Of a stretch of 64,000 nt of DNA, positions 10,114 to 20,430 are shown piece by piece. Made by a program: the position numbers and the translations under genes. Within the stretch, counting starts at the first letter, position 1, and each line of letters begins with the position of its first letter. This DNA comes from Patescibacteria group bacterium UBA6532 (lineage in GTDB: Bacteria; Patescibacteriota; Minisyncoccia; Minisyncoccales; UBA6532). A model generated the notes under the pieces. It had not been told where the DNA came from. It made no database searches and saw only the letters and a program-made list of their open reading frames with translations. Where the stretch lies: the NCBI GenBank assembly GCA_002434805.1, contig DJKW01000001.1, forward strand, positions 5,805-69,804, read 5' to 3'.

Positions 10114-11025
10114 TTAAAGCCATTTTTTCTTTCTAAAATAAAATACCATTAAACCTGTTAAAATACTCATTAGTCCTATTATAACCCAGAATCCTATGGC
10201 ATTATCATCAAGAGGCAGATGAATGTTCATACCCCAAACCGAAGCGATAAAAGTCAAAGGAAGCATAATGACTGAAAAAACGGTTAAAAGCTGAATGATT
10301 TCATTGGTCTTACTGGAAAGCAATGATTGATTCGTATCCTCTAAAGCTAAGATTGTTTCTTTGTACGTTCTTAAGTGGTTTAAAACCTGATTGTGCGTCC
10401 CTAAAATGTCAGAAAAATAAGGTTTAAGTTCTGGTCCGAAAAAGCTTGATCCCTCTCTATAAAGGGAATCCAAAATCTCTTCTTGGGGTTCTATTATTCT
10501 TAGAAAATCAATGATATCTGTTTTCACAAAAGAAATTTCCAAAACCATTTCTTTTTCTTTCCCTCTGAATATTTCTTTTTCCACTTCATCGATTCGTTGA
10601 TTTATTCTTTGCATCCTCGTTAAGCAATTTTTCCAAAATCCGCTTAAGGCGTAAAAGAGAAGCTGGCCAGTCCCTTCTGACATGTAATTCTTTTTTGATT
10701 CAGAATAAAGATTGCAGTTATCTAGAAGAGATTTTATTGGCAAAATTATTTTATGGTGGGTGGTAATTAAAGTATCTTTAGTAATAATTATATTTAACTG
10801 ACGGGGCCGGGTTTCTCTCCTTTCCTTATTGAAAACGGGATAATAAAGAATCATAAACAAATAATCCTTATAGTGTTCAACCTTGGGTCTGTGACCGTGC
10901 ACTTGTAATTCTTCCAAAACCAAAGGATGGAAATTGTAATTTTCCTTTAAATATTGAATGTCATCTTTGGTGGGATTTTGAAGATCAATCCAGGTTACTC
11001 TTGATCCTTTGGTTATCTTTCTCAT
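10114..11025 (-). CDS. corA: Magnesium/cobalt transporter CorA
   Basis: A C-terminal pair of TM helices carries the GMN motif (VWGMNI). Confidence 0.85.
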   Translation of the reverse strand: MRKITKGSRVTWIDLQNPTKDDIQYLKENYNFHPLVLEELQVHGHRPKVEHYKDYLFMILYYPVFNKERRETRPRQLNIIITKDTLITTHHKIILPIKSLLDNCNLYSESKKNYMSEGTGQLLFYALSGFWKNCLTRMQRINQRIDEVEKEIFRGKEKEMVLEISFVKTDIIDFLRIIEPQEEILDSLYREGSSFFGPELKPYFSDILGTHNQVLNHLRTYKETILALEDTNQSLLSSKTNEIIQLLTVFSVIMLPLTFIASVWGMNIHLPLDDNAIGFWVIIGLMSILTGLMVFYFRKKKWL

Positions 11026-11125
11026 TAAGTTATTTTATCATGTTTTTAAAAAACAATATTGTGGATAAAAACTTTAACTTGACGAAAATTTCTTATCATG
11101 ATTATAATAACAATTGGAGATATGA

Positions 11126-11338
11126 ATGGATAAAGATAGTATCATTGCTGGAGTCGTAGGACTACTTATTGGAATTACGTTCTTTCTACAAACCCTAAAA
11201 AGCCTTTCTACTTTCTCAATACTTTCTGAAGAAGCAACCGTATCTATCAGCATAGCTGTAGGTATGTTCGCAGGAATAGTTGTTTGGATAATCCTTAGAT
11301 TAGATAATAAACATAAGAAATCGTTCTCTAAAGGGTAG
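11126..11338 (+). CDS. Small membrane protein (hypothetical)
   Basis: 70 aa with two predicted TM helices. There is no homology I can name. Confidence 0.3.
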   Translation: MDKDSIIAGVVGLLIGITFFLQTLKSLSTFSILSEEATVSISIAVGMFAGIVVWIILRLDNKHKKSFSKG

Positions 11339-11385
11339 TAACCATTTTTTTGGCGAACCCTTTATTTTTTTTATTTCTTTACAAC

Positions 11386-11410
11386 TATCACTCTTGACAA
11401 GAGAGTGATA
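11386..11410 (+). promoter_or_regulatory. CIRCE-like HrcA operator (TATCACTC-N9-GAGTGATA) overlapping a TTGACA -35 box
   Basis: Compare the CIRCE consensus TTAGCACTC-N9-GAGTGCTAA. The site sits immediately upstream of hrcA. Confidence 0.7.
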
Positions 11411-11423
11411 ATGATTAAAATGA

Positions 11424-12137
11424 ATGATAATGGTTACAGAGCGCCAAAAAGAAATCTTAGGAGGAGTGATTGAAGAATACATTGATTCGGCTCAGCCCGT
11501 AAGTTCTAAATTTCTTGAGATAGAATATGATTTTGGCATTTGCCCGGCCAGCATTAGAATTGAAATGCAGAAATTAACAGATGATGGATATCTTTACCAA
11601 CCCCATACTTCAGCTGGCAGAGTGCCCACTGATAAGGGCTACCGGTTTTTTGTCGATGACTTGCTTGAGAGAGAATTAAAGGGCTTTAAAAAAGAACTTG
11701 AAATAGAAGATTGGGAAACACTCAAAGAACCCTTAATGACAACCCAAGTGATCACAAAAGGGGTTGCCGGAGCTTGTTCTGGCTTGGTAATAAGTTATCT
11801 TTTAAATAAGAAAATTTCCTGGAAAGAAGGCTGGGAAGGGATTTTCCAAGAACCAGAATTTAAAGAAGCTGGCTTTGCCTCAAAGTTTATACAAATGATT
11901 GACCAGTTTGAAAATAATGTTGAAGATATGGTTTTTGATTTGAAAGAAGAAGTCCGGGTCTACATCGGAAAAGAAAACCCTTTTCCTAAATCTCAAGATT
12001 TTAGCATTATAGTTTCTAGGCTGTCTCTTCCCAAAAAAGAACAGGGGATTGTAGCTATTCTGGGACCGAAAAGAATGACCTATCAAAAAAACATTAACCT
12101 GATTAACTCTTTAACAAGGTTATTAGAAAAACTTTAA
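11424..12137 (+). CDS. hrcA: Heat-inducible transcription repressor HrcA
   Basis: TERQKEILGGVIEEYIDSAQPVSSK winged-helix N-terminus. It sits first in the hrcA-grpE-dnaK-dnaJ order. Confidence 0.85.
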   Translation: MIMVTERQKEILGGVIEEYIDSAQPVSSKFLEIEYDFGICPASIRIEMQKLTDDGYLYQPHTSAGRVPTDKGYRFFVDDLLERELKGFKKELEIEDWETLKEPLMTTQVITKGVAGACSGLVISYLLNKKISWKEGWEGIFQEPEFKEAGFASKFIQMIDQFENNVEDMVFDLKEEVRVYIGKENPFPKSQDFSIIVSRLSLPKKEQGIVAILGPKRMTYQKNINLINSLTRLLEKL

Positions 12138-12139
12138 TT

Positions 12140-12622
12140 ATGGCAGATAAAAAAGAGAAATTAAAAAATCTAAAGAAAGAATTGGAAGAATTAAAAAAGC
12201 AAAAAGAGGAATACTTGGCTGGCTGGCAGCGCTCTCAGGCTGACTTATCAAATTACAAGAAAGAAGAGATAGCAAGAATTGGAGAGCTTTTAAAATATTC
12301 AACCGAAGAATTAATTTTAAAAATCTTTCCAATACTAGATAACTTTGAAACAGCTGAGAAAGCTGTCTCAAAAGATTTAAAAGACAACGAACACTTTAAA
12401 GGAGTTTTGCAGATTAAGGCTCAGCTTAAAAGCTTATTAAAAAGTCTGGGATTAGAAGAAATAAAGACGGTTGGTGAAAAATTTAATCCTAACTTTCAAG
12501 AAGTAGTCAAAGAGGTCGAAATAAAAGAAAAAGAATCGGGTACAATAACAGAAGAAATTCAAAAAGGTTATACATTACATGGCAAGGTCTTGAGACCGGC
12601 CAAAGTAAAGGTTGTAAAATAA
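12140..12622 (+). CDS. grpE: Nucleotide exchange factor GrpE
   Basis: Coiled-coil N-terminus followed by a GrpE C-terminal beta domain, positioned between hrcA and dnaK. Confidence 0.85.
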   Translation: MADKKEKLKNLKKELEELKKQKEEYLAGWQRSQADLSNYKKEEIARIGELLKYSTEELILKIFPILDNFETAEKAVSKDLKDNEHFKGVLQIKAQLKSLLKSLGLEEIKTVGEKFNPNFQEVVKEVEIKEKESGTITEEIQKGYTLHGKVLRPAKVKVVK

Positions 12623-12658
12623 CTGTATTTCATTATTAAAAAATAATTAATCAAACTT

Positions 12659-14548
12659 ATGTCAAAAATTCTAGGAATTGATCTCGGCACCACCTTTTCT
12701 GCAATGTCAGTAGTGGAAGCCGGGGAACCAAAAATCATTGAAAATAAAGAAGGAGCAAGAACAACTCCTTCAGTTGTTGCTTTAACTAAAAACAACGAAA
12801 GGTTAGTCGGTGTTTTAGCCAGAAGGCAGCAGATTACCAATCCCCAAAATACTATTTATTCAGTAAAGCGCCTGATTGGCCGAAGATTTAAAGATTCTCA
12901 GGTCCAAAAAGACAAGAAACTTTTGCCTTATGAAATAAAGGAAGCTTCGGACGGCGGGATTGAAGTTAAAATGGGTGATAAGTGGCACAAGCCAGCTGAA
13001 ATTTCAGCCATGATCTTGCAAAAACTAAAACAGGATGCTGAAGAAAAATTAGGAGAAAAAATTACCGAAGCCATAATCACTTGTCCGGCTTATTTTGATG
13101 ATTCCCAAAGAAAAGCAACCAAGGTAGCAGGTGAAATTGCCGGTTTTAAGGTCAGGCGGGTCATTAACGAACCCACAGCCGCTGCCTTAGCTTACGGTCT
13201 GACTAAAAAGAAAGAGCAAAGAATTGTCGTTTACGACTTTGGCGGAGGAACTTTTGATATTTCTGTATTAGATATTAGTAAAGATACAATAGAAGTAAAA
13301 GCTACGGGCGGCGATACCCATCTTGGCGGAGATGACTTTGACCAAAAGATAATGAACTGGATAGTGGACCAATTCAAAAAAGACCAGGGCATTGATCTCT
13401 CTAAAGACCAGTTAGCCCTTCAAAGGTTAAAAGAGGTGGCTGAAAAGGCAAAAATTGAACTGTCTTCATCCTTGGAAGCTGAAATCAACCTGCCTTTTAT
13501 TACTTCAGATCAGGCAGGCCCAAAACACCTTTACTATAAGATAACTAGGGCTAAATTAGAGGAACTAGTAAGAGAATATGTTGATAAATCAATTGACTTG
13601 GTTAAAGAAACCATAAAAGAAGCAAAGATGGAGCCCAAAGATATTGCGGAAATAGTTTTGGTTGGAGGACAAACCAGAATGCCCAAGATTCAAGAAGACC
13701 TTAAAAAGGTCTTTGGCAAAGAGCCCAATAAGTCAATTAACCCAGATGAGGTGGTAGCTATTGGAGCTGCTATTCAAGCTGGAATCTTGCAGGGTGAAGT
13801 AAAGGATGTTTTGCTTTTGGATGTAACCCCTTTGTCTTTGGGAATTGAGACTCTGGGAAGGGTAAACACCGTATTAATTGCTAAAAATACCACTATTCCT
13901 ACGGCCAAAACCCAGGTTTTCTCTACGGCGGGTGACAACCAGCCTTCTGTTGAAATTCATGTTTTGCAGGGAGAAAGAGCAATGACTGAAGACAATAAAA
14001 CCTTGGGAAGATTTATTCTGGACGGTATTCCTCCCTCTCCCCGGGGCCTTCCTCAAATTGAAGTAACCTTTGATATTGACGCTAACGGAATACTTAATGT
14101 TTCAGCCAAAGACAAGGCTACTAATAAATCCCAATCAATTAAAATTGAAGGGTCAACGGGAATCTCTAAAGAGGAAGTGGAGAAAATGAAAAAGGAAGCT
14201 GAACTCCATGCCAAAGAAGATGAAAAAAAGAAAGAACTAATTGAAATAAGGAATCTTGCAGATAATTTAATTTACAGCACAGAAAAAACTATTAAAGATG
14301 CAGGAGATAAAGTGACTCCTGAAGTTAAAAAAGAAATTGAAGGAAAAGTTGAAGCTTTAAAAAAGTTAAAAGACAGCGATAATACAGAAGAAATAAAGAA
14401 AACAGCTGACGATCTCTCTCAAGCAATCCAGAAAGTTGGAAAAGCAATGTACGAGAAAAAAGATAAGGATCAAAAACCAGAACAACCTCCGGTCAGCAAA
14501 GATAAAAAAGACACCCAAGAAGGGGAGTATAAAGAAAAAGAAAAGTAA
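12659..14548 (+). CDS. dnaK: Chaperone DnaK (Hsp70)
   Basis: Hsp70 signatures are present: [22 protein letters not shown]. Confidence 0.95.
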   Translation: MSKILGIDLGTTFSAMSVVEAGEPKIIENKEGARTTPSVVALTKNNERLVGVLARRQQITNPQNTIYSVKRLIGRRFKDSQVQKDKKLLPYEIKEASDGGIEVKMGDKWHKPAEISAMILQKLKQDAEEKLGEKITEAIITCPAYFDDSQRKATKVAGEIAGFKVRRVINEPTAAALAYGLTKKKEQRIVVYDFGGGTFDISVLDISKDTIEVKATGGDTHLGGDDFDQKIMNWIVDQFKKDQGIDLSKDQLALQRLKEVAEKAKIELSSSLEAEINLPFITSDQAGPKHLYYKITRAKLEELVREYVDKSIDLVKETIKEAKMEPKDIAEIVLVGGQTRMPKIQEDLKKVFGKEPNKSINPDEVVAIGAAIQAGILQGEVKDVLLLDVTPLSLGIETLGRVNTVLIAKNTTIPTAKTQVFSTAGDNQPSVEIHVLQGERAMTEDNKTLGRFILDGIPPSPRGLPQIEVTFDIDANGILNVSAKDKATNKSQSIKIEGSTGISKEEVEKMKKEAELHAKEDEKKKELIEIRNLADNLIYSTEKTIKDAGDKVTPEVKKEIEGKVEALKKLKDSDNTEEIKKTADDLSQAIQKVGKAMYEKKDKDQKPEQPPVSKDKKDTQEGEYKEKEK

Positions 14549-14551
14549 TCT

Positions 14552-15607
14552 ATGAAAGACTATTACCAGGTACTAGGCGTTTCGCGCAATGCCTCTCAAG
14601 AAGAAATAAAAAAAGCTTTTAGAAAACTGGCCCATCAATACCATCCAGATAAAGGCGGAGATGAAAAAAAGTTCAAAGAAATCAACGAAGCCTATCAGAT
14701 TCTTTCAGATAAGAACAAGAGGTCTCAATATGACAGGTTTGGCCAGGGTTTTGAAGGAGGAGCTCCATTTGGCCAGGGTTTTGACTTTGGGTCAGCTCAA
14801 GGTTTTGACTTTGGGGCATTCGGTGATATATTTGGAGACCTTTTCGGAGGTGGGGCTCAAAGAAAAGAAGATTTAAAAAGAGGTAAAAATATTGAAATTC
14901 AAATAGAAGTTCCCTTAGAGATAACCCTTAAAGGAAGAAGCAAAGAAATTTCTTTGGAAAAAATGATTTTATGCAATCGATGCCAGGGAAAAGGAGGAGA
15001 ACCTGGCACCCCTCTCAATGAATGTTTTTCCTGCCGGGGAACCGGACAAGTTCAACAAATTATGAAAACTCCTTTGGGATCTTTTACCAGGATTACGATT
15101 TGTCCTGAATGTAAGGGAGAGGGATCTAAGCCCAAAAACCCCTGTAACGTTTGTAAGGGAGAAGGAAGAACTAGAGGAAAAGAGAGTATTAAAATCTTTA
15201 TTCCAGCCGGAGTTGATACCAATCAAGTAATAAAGCTTGAAGGAAAAGGGGAAGCAGGAAGAAAAGGAGGAGAATCAGGCGATTTGTACTTTAGAATCTT
15301 TCTTAAAGAACATCCTATTTTTAAGAGAAGAGGGGATGACTTGTTTTTAAGAGTACCTATTTCCTTTTCTCAGGCCGCTTTGGGAGATGAAGTAGAAATA
15401 CCCACTCTAGAAGGAACCAATATCTTGCTTAAAGTCCCTCAAGGTACAGAAACAGGAAAGATTTTCCGGATTTCAAGTAAAGGGATTCCTCGCTTTTCTG
15501 GTTTTGGCAGAGGCAGCATCTATGTTGAATTAGTTTTAAAAACGCCTAAAAAATTAACTAGAGAACAAAAAGAACTTCTAAAGAAATTGAAGGAAGAAGG
15601 AATATAA
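14552..15607 (+). CDS. dnaJ: Chaperone DnaJ
   Basis: J-domain HPD, a G/F-rich linker, and four CxxCxGxG zinc-finger repeats. Confidence 0.9.
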   Translation: MKDYYQVLGVSRNASQEEIKKAFRKLAHQYHPDKGGDEKKFKEINEAYQILSDKNKRSQYDRFGQGFEGGAPFGQGFDFGSAQGFDFGAFGDIFGDLFGGGAQRKEDLKRGKNIEIQIEVPLEITLKGRSKEISLEKMILCNRCQGKGGEPGTPLNECFSCRGTGQVQQIMKTPLGSFTRITICPECKGEGSKPKNPCNVCKGEGRTRGKESIKIFIPAGVDTNQVIKLEGKGEAGRKGGESGDLYFRIFLKEHPIFKRRGDDLFLRVPISFSQAALGDEVEIPTLEGTNILLKVPQGTETGKIFRISSKGIPRFSGFGRGSIYVELVLKTPKKLTREQKELLKKLKEEGI

Positions 15608-15639
15608 TAAAAAGTGTGGTAAGATAAAAAACGTCACAT

Positions 15640-15712
15640 GCCCCCGTAGCTCAATTGGTAGAGCAGTGGCCTTTTAAGCCATTGGTTCCCCGTTCGAGTC
15701 GGGGCGGGGGTA
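15640..15712 (+). tRNA. tRNA-Lys (anticodon UUU)
   Basis: The cloverleaf was folded by hand. It has a 7-bp acceptor stem with a G1:U72 wobble, D-stem GCTC/GAGC, anticodon stem GTGGC/GCCAT with loop CTTTTAA, T-arm CCCCG-TTCGAGT-CGGGG, and no encoded CCA. Confidence 0.8.
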
Positions 15713-15871
15713 CTTTTTATTTACAAAATATTAATATAAAGAAATAGTTGACAAGAAAACATCCTCATGTTATCTTATAAATAGAGGACATTACCAAAGA
15801 TATTTATTTTAAAGCATCATAAACCGATGGCTAAAGAGCAATGGGATCTTATGGTGCTTTTTGATTAAAAT

Positions 15872-16189
15872 ATGGCTTATTCCAACAAATATACATTTAA
15901 AGATGTCCAAGAGAAAGCCCTTAGCTGGTTCTGGGTTATTATATTTATTAGTGCAATCTTCTACTTGCGATGGCTTTTAATAGAAATGCACGTACAGACT
16001 CTTGAGCTAGCTGAAGAAAGAAGAAGAATAGAAATAGCTATGGAAGAAAACCACAAAGAGATGGAACATTTCCAAACAGAGTTTCAAGCTGAAGTAGAAA
16101 AAGCAGCTATGGATTTTATTAGATTTCTCCAGAACACAAGTGAATATCCTTCTTATTACAGATATCTTCCACCAAAAACAGATGATTAA
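15872..16189 (+). CDS. Hypothetical protein with one N-terminal TM helix
   Basis: The ORF is followed by a clean terminator at 16203-16231. Confidence 0.35.
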   Translation: MAYSNKYTFKDVQEKALSWFWVIIFISAIFYLRWLLIEMHVQTLELAEERRRIEIAMEENHKEMEHFQTEFQAEVEKAAMDFIRFLQNTSEYPSYYRYLPPKTDD

Positions 16190-16202
16190 TTCTTAAAGCA
16201 AA

Positions 16203-16231
16203 ACCGCCCAGCGATGGGTGGTTTTTGTTTT
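16203..16231 (+). terminator. Rho-independent terminator
   Basis: ACCGCCCA-GCGA-TGGGTGGT followed by TTTTTGTTTT. Confidence 0.6.
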
Positions 16232-16469
16232 AACTCCCATAATTTTATTTTTTAGATTATGTTATAATTTAATAATGAATTATGGTAACAAGGCTTTAGA
16301 TCAAATAAGAGGATATGGTTTAGGTGTTTTTTCAAAAGATAATTTTGAACTTCTCTTTTGGGTATTTATTATCTCTTCTATTCTTAATCTTTTTTTTACT
16401 AATGGTAATTATTTTGAATTCTATTTAGGAGGAACAATAATCTTCTTTCTACTTCATAAGTTTTTCTAA
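16218..16469 (+). CDS. Small membrane protein (hypothetical)
   Basis: 83 aa and hydrophobic. Confidence 0.3.
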   Translation: MVFVLTPIILFFRLCYNLIMNYGNKALDQIRGYGLGVFSKDNFELLFWVFIISSILNLFFTNGNYFEFYLGGTIIFFLLHKFF

Positions 16470-16649
16470 AATATCTTTTTCCATTTTACTATCAATTATT
16501 CCTTCTTTTTTCCAAAATAGAATTATCCTAAAGATAGATAATCTATAAAATGTCGCACAAGATGTGTTATGGGATTTAAACAAGAAACTAATCATGACTG
16601 ATTAGTTTTTTTGTCGACTTTTATTTGAAAATTTGTTATATTAATAAAG

Positions 16650-17864
16650 ATGACAACTCTAGGTAAAAAAAGTTTCTTGTTGTTTTTTTTAGTTGTAGCT
16701 ATTTTAGCTACATTTGCTTTTGGTTATTATATCGGCCAAAGACAGAAAGAATTAGCTCCCATAAAAGGAGTAATCAATACAGATCTTGGAGAACAAGAAG
16801 GAGTGGACTTTTCTCTTTTTTGGGATGTCTGGAGAATCGTCCAAGAAAAACACGTTGATAGAGGGAATCTGGATTTTCAGGAAATGGTATATGGAGCAAT
16901 CTCTGGAATGGTAAAAGCCCTAGATGATCCCTATACTGTTTTCATGCCTCCGGCCGATACTAAAATATTCAAAGAAGACGTGACTGGAGAATTCCAAGGA
17001 GTAGGGATGGAAATTGGGATAAGAAATGGAGAGCTTACAGTGGTTTCTCCGTTAGAAGGAACTCCGGCTGAAAGAGCAGGATTGAGGGCTGGTGATAAAA
17101 TTCTTAAAGTAGATGATACTTTTACTCGAGACTTAACTATTGATGAAGCCGTAAAGCTTATTCGAGGCCCCAAAGGAGAAGAGGTTGTCTTGACCGTTTT
17201 AAGAGACAGCTGGGAGAAGACAAAGGAAATTAAAATTATCCGGGATGTTATTGAAATTCCTTCTCTTAAATGGGAAATGAAAGGGGAAGACATCGCTTAT
17301 ATTAAGCTTTATCAATTTTCAGAAAAGGCAAAGACCGACTTTGATATAGCCGGGATTGAAATCTTAAACAGCCAAGCAAAGAAAATCATTCTAGATTTAC
17401 GAGGCAACCCCGGAGGATATCTTGAGGTGGCTAGAGACATAGCTGGATGGTTTTTGGAAACAGGACAAATTGTTACCATAGAAGATTTTGGACACGATAT
17501 AAAATCAGAAGAATACAAAGCAACCGGTAACGAAAAATTCCTATCCTACCCAGTAGTAGTTTTAATAAACCAGGGTTCAGCTTCCGGGTCTGAAATTTTA
17601 GCTGGAGCTCTCAGGGATAATCGTGGTATAAAGCTCATAGGCGAGACTTCCTTCGGCAAAGGTTCTGTCCAGCAGTTAGAAGATTTAAAAGAAAACTCAA
17701 GCTTAAAGGTGACAATAGCTAAATGGTTAACTCCTAATGGAGATTTGATCGCCGGCCAAGGATTAGAACCAGATATTAAAGTGGAGATGACAGAAGAAGA
17801 TTATAATGAAGAAAGAGATCCTCAGCTTGACAAAGCAATTGAAACACTAAATCAGATAAGGTAA
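16650..17864 (+). CDS. ctpA: Carboxyl-terminal processing protease (S41 family, PDZ domain)
   Basis: PDZ segment GDKILKVDD, and S41 catalytic segments GNPGGYL and SASGSEI. Confidence 0.85.
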   Translation: MTTLGKKSFLLFFLVVAILATFAFGYYIGQRQKELAPIKGVINTDLGEQEGVDFSLFWDVWRIVQEKHVDRGNLDFQEMVYGAISGMVKALDDPYTVFMPPADTKIFKEDVTGEFQGVGMEIGIRNGELTVVSPLEGTPAERAGLRAGDKILKVDDTFTRDLTIDEAVKLIRGPKGEEVVLTVLRDSWEKTKEIKIIRDVIEIPSLKWEMKGEDIAYIKLYQFSEKAKTDFDIAGIEILNSQAKKIILDLRGNPGGYLEVARDIAGWFLETGQIVTIEDFGHDIKSEEYKATGNEKFLSYPVVVLINQGSASGSEILAGALRDNRGIKLIGETSFGKGSVQQLEDLKENSSLKVTIAKWLTPNGDLIAGQGLEPDIKVEMTEEDYNEERDPQLDKAIETLNQIR

Positions 17865-17873
17865 AATTAGAAT

Positions 17874-18320
17874 ATGCGTATTATACTTCTCAAAGACGTA
17901 GATAAAGTAGGAAAGAAATATGAAATAAAAAATGTGGCAGACGGTTTTGCCAGAAATTTTTTAATTCCAAAAGAATTAGCTAAGCCAGCAACGGAAAAAT
18001 ATATTAAGTGGGTGGAAACCCAAAAAGAAATCCTGGAGAAAAAAGCCGAAGAAGACCTTAAAAAATACCAAGAGTCAGCTTCAAAACTGGAAGGATTAGA
18101 AGTCACTATTCCAGTTAAAGTAGGAAAAGAGGATCAGCTTTTTGAATCAATAACTCCTCAAAAGGTGTCTGAGAAAATAAAAGAGCTTGGTATTAATGTT
18201 AAAAAATCGGAAATTGATCTGATAAATCCCATAAAAGAACTTGGCGAATTCCCAGTAAAGATTAAATTTAATCACAACTTAGAGATAGAAATAAAGATAG
18301 TAGTTGTTGAAGAGAAATAA
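17874..18320 (+). CDS. rplI: 50S ribosomal protein L9
   Basis: MRIILLKDVDKVGKKYEIKNVADGFARNFLIPKELA. Confidence 0.9.
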   Translation: MRIILLKDVDKVGKKYEIKNVADGFARNFLIPKELAKPATEKYIKWVETQKEILEKKAEEDLKKYQESASKLEGLEVTIPVKVGKEDQLFESITPQKVSEKIKELGINVKKSEIDLINPIKELGEFPVKIKFNHNLEIEIKIVVVEEK

Positions 18321-19941
18321 GTTTGTGCCCCGATATATTTTCGTTGCCGGAGGTGTAATGTCTGGTATCGGCAAAGGGGTGGCTATAGCCAGTATTGGAA
18401 GAATACTTCAAAGCAAGGGTTTTAAAGTCACCGCAACTAAAATTGATCCTTACGTCAATGTTGATGCCGGAACAATGAACCCCATTGAACATGGGGAAGT
18501 TTTTGTAACAGATGACGGAACAGAGTGCGACCAAGATATTGGAAATTACGAAAGATTCTTAGATTTAAACCTTGATACTAATAACTATATTACAACTGGA
18601 CGAGTTTATCTCTCAGTCATCAATCGAGAAAGGAACTTGGAGTATAAAGGTAAATGCGTTGAGGTTGTGCCGGATATTCCCAATGAAGTAATTTCAAGAA
18701 TTAAAAAAGCAGTAAAAATTTCCAATGCTGACTTTGTTTTAGTGGAAATTGGAGGAACAGTGGGGGAATACCAAAGTGTTCTTTTCTTGGAAGCAGCCCG
18801 AATGATGAAAATTGAAGATCCCAAAAGCGTTCTCTTTATTCTCGTAAGCTATTTGCCAGTACCCGAGATGATAGGTGAAATGAAAACCAAGCCGACCCAG
18901 TATGCCGTAAGATCGCTGAACATGGCCGGTATTCAGCCCGATATCATTATTGCCAGGTCAATCATTCCTTTAGACAAACAAAGAAAAAAGAAAATATCCA
19001 CTTTCTGCAATGTTTTAGAAGAAAATGTTATTGCCGCTCCCGATGTTTCCTCTATCTATGAAATTCCTCTTAATTTTGAAAAAGAGAATCTAGGAAATAA
19101 GATTTTAAAGAAACTAGATTTAAAGCCAAGAAAATCTGATTTAAGAAAATGGAAAAATCTAGTCAAGGTTATTAAGTCTTCCAGAAAGAATGTAAAAATA
19201 GGGATAATCGGCAAATACTTTCGAACCGGGAAATTTACCTTAACAGACTCTTATATCTCCGTTATTGAAGCTGTAAAGCACGCTGTTTGGTTTTATAAAA
19301 GAAAACCAGAGATTGTCTGGTTAAGTGCCGAAGATTACGAAAAAAATCCTCACCAGCTTGAAGAATTAAAGGATTATGACGGTATTATTGTTCCTGGCGG
19401 CTTTGGCAAAAGAGGAATAGAAGGAAAGATAAAAGCAATTGAATTTTGCAGAAAGAATAAAATTCCTTTTTTTGGCCTTTGCCTTGGCATGCAGCTGGCT
19501 GTAGTAGAATTCGCGAGGAATGTCTCTAAAATGAAAGGAGCCCATACAACAGAAATCATGACAAACTCCAAGTACCCGGTTATTGACTTTATGGCAGACC
19601 AAAAAATTCTTTTAAAGGAAAAAAAGTACGGAGGAACAATGAGGTTAGGGGAGTATAAATGCAAGATTAAGCCAAAAACAATCAGCTTTAAGGCCTATAA
19701 AACTTCTAATATTTCCGAGCGCCATCGCCACCGCTATGAGTTAAATAATAAATTTAGAAATGCTCTAGAAAAGAAAGGAATGGTTATGGCAGGAATTAAT
19801 CCAAAAAGAAACCTGGTAGAAATTATCGAACTTAAGGACCACCCATTTTTCCTGGGAACCCAGTTCCATCCAGAATTCAAATCAAGGGCTTTGGAACCAC
19901 ATCCTTTGTTCAGAGAATTTATTCGAGCTTCTTTGAAATAA
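18304..19941 (+). CDS. pyrG: CTP synthase
   Basis: YIFVAGGVMSGIGKG at the N-terminus, and a glutamine-amidotransferase domain with GLCLGMQ. Confidence 0.95.
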   Translation: MLKRNKFVPRYIFVAGGVMSGIGKGVAIASIGRILQSKGFKVTATKIDPYVNVDAGTMNPIEHGEVFVTDDGTECDQDIGNYERFLDLNLDTNNYITTGRVYLSVINRERNLEYKGKCVEVVPDIPNEVISRIKKAVKISNADFVLVEIGGTVGEYQSVLFLEAARMMKIEDPKSVLFILVSYLPVPEMIGEMKTKPTQYAVRSLNMAGIQPDIIIARSIIPLDKQRKKKISTFCNVLEENVIAAPDVSSIYEIPLNFEKENLGNKILKKLDLKPRKSDLRKWKNLVKVIKSSRKNVKIGIIGKYFRTGKFTLTDSYISVIEAVKHAVWFYKRKPEIVWLSAEDYEKNPHQLEELKDYDGIIVPGGFGKRGIEGKIKAIEFCRKNKIPFFGLCLGMQLAVVEFARNVSKMKGAHTTEIMTNSKYPVIDFMADQKILLKEKKYGGTMRLGEYKCKIKPKTISFKAYKTSNISERHRHRYELNNKFRNALEKKGMVMAGINPKRNLVEIIELKDHPFFLGTQFHPEFKSRALEPHPLFREFIRASLK

Positions 19942-19991
19942 AAAAGGGCCTTTTAAAGGACCAACTTATAAAAATAAGTTTTTAATATTAA

Positions 19992-20267
19992 TTAGGGTTC
20001 CACGCTTATAATCTTAACTATTCTCTGGGAATTATCAAATAATCTTTTCTTTTTAGTCTGAAATTTAACTACTCCTGATTTTAAAGCATACAAGGTATCG
20101 TCTCCGCCCCGCTTTACATTTTTGCCGGCTAAAATCCTGGTTCCTCTCTGCCTAACTAAAATCTGACCAGTTTTAGCTGACTGACCTTCATAAAGTTTTA
20201 CTCCCAAATATTTGGGAAGGGAATCTCTTCCTAATCCCGTAGAACCTGTAGCTTTAGTCTTTGCCAT
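19992..20267 (-). CDS. rpmA: 50S ribosomal protein L27
   Basis: [16 protein letters not shown]...[14 protein letters not shown]. Confidence 0.9.
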   Translation of the reverse strand: MAKTKATGSTGLGRDSLPKYLGVKLYEGQSAKTGQILVRQRGTRILAGKNVKRGGDDTLYALKSGVVKFQTKKKRLFDNSQRIVKIISVEP

Positions 20268-20430
20268 ATTAAAGGTATGTTATCACGACTTAGACAATTC
20301 ATCAAGGAACATCAAGAAGAAATTATCTTGTTTATTGGAGTTATTTTAATTTCTTTGCTTTCTTTTGCTGCCGGCTTTATTACAGCAAAAAGTGAAGAAA
20401 AACAGCCAATTAGAATAGAAAAAAATCAAA

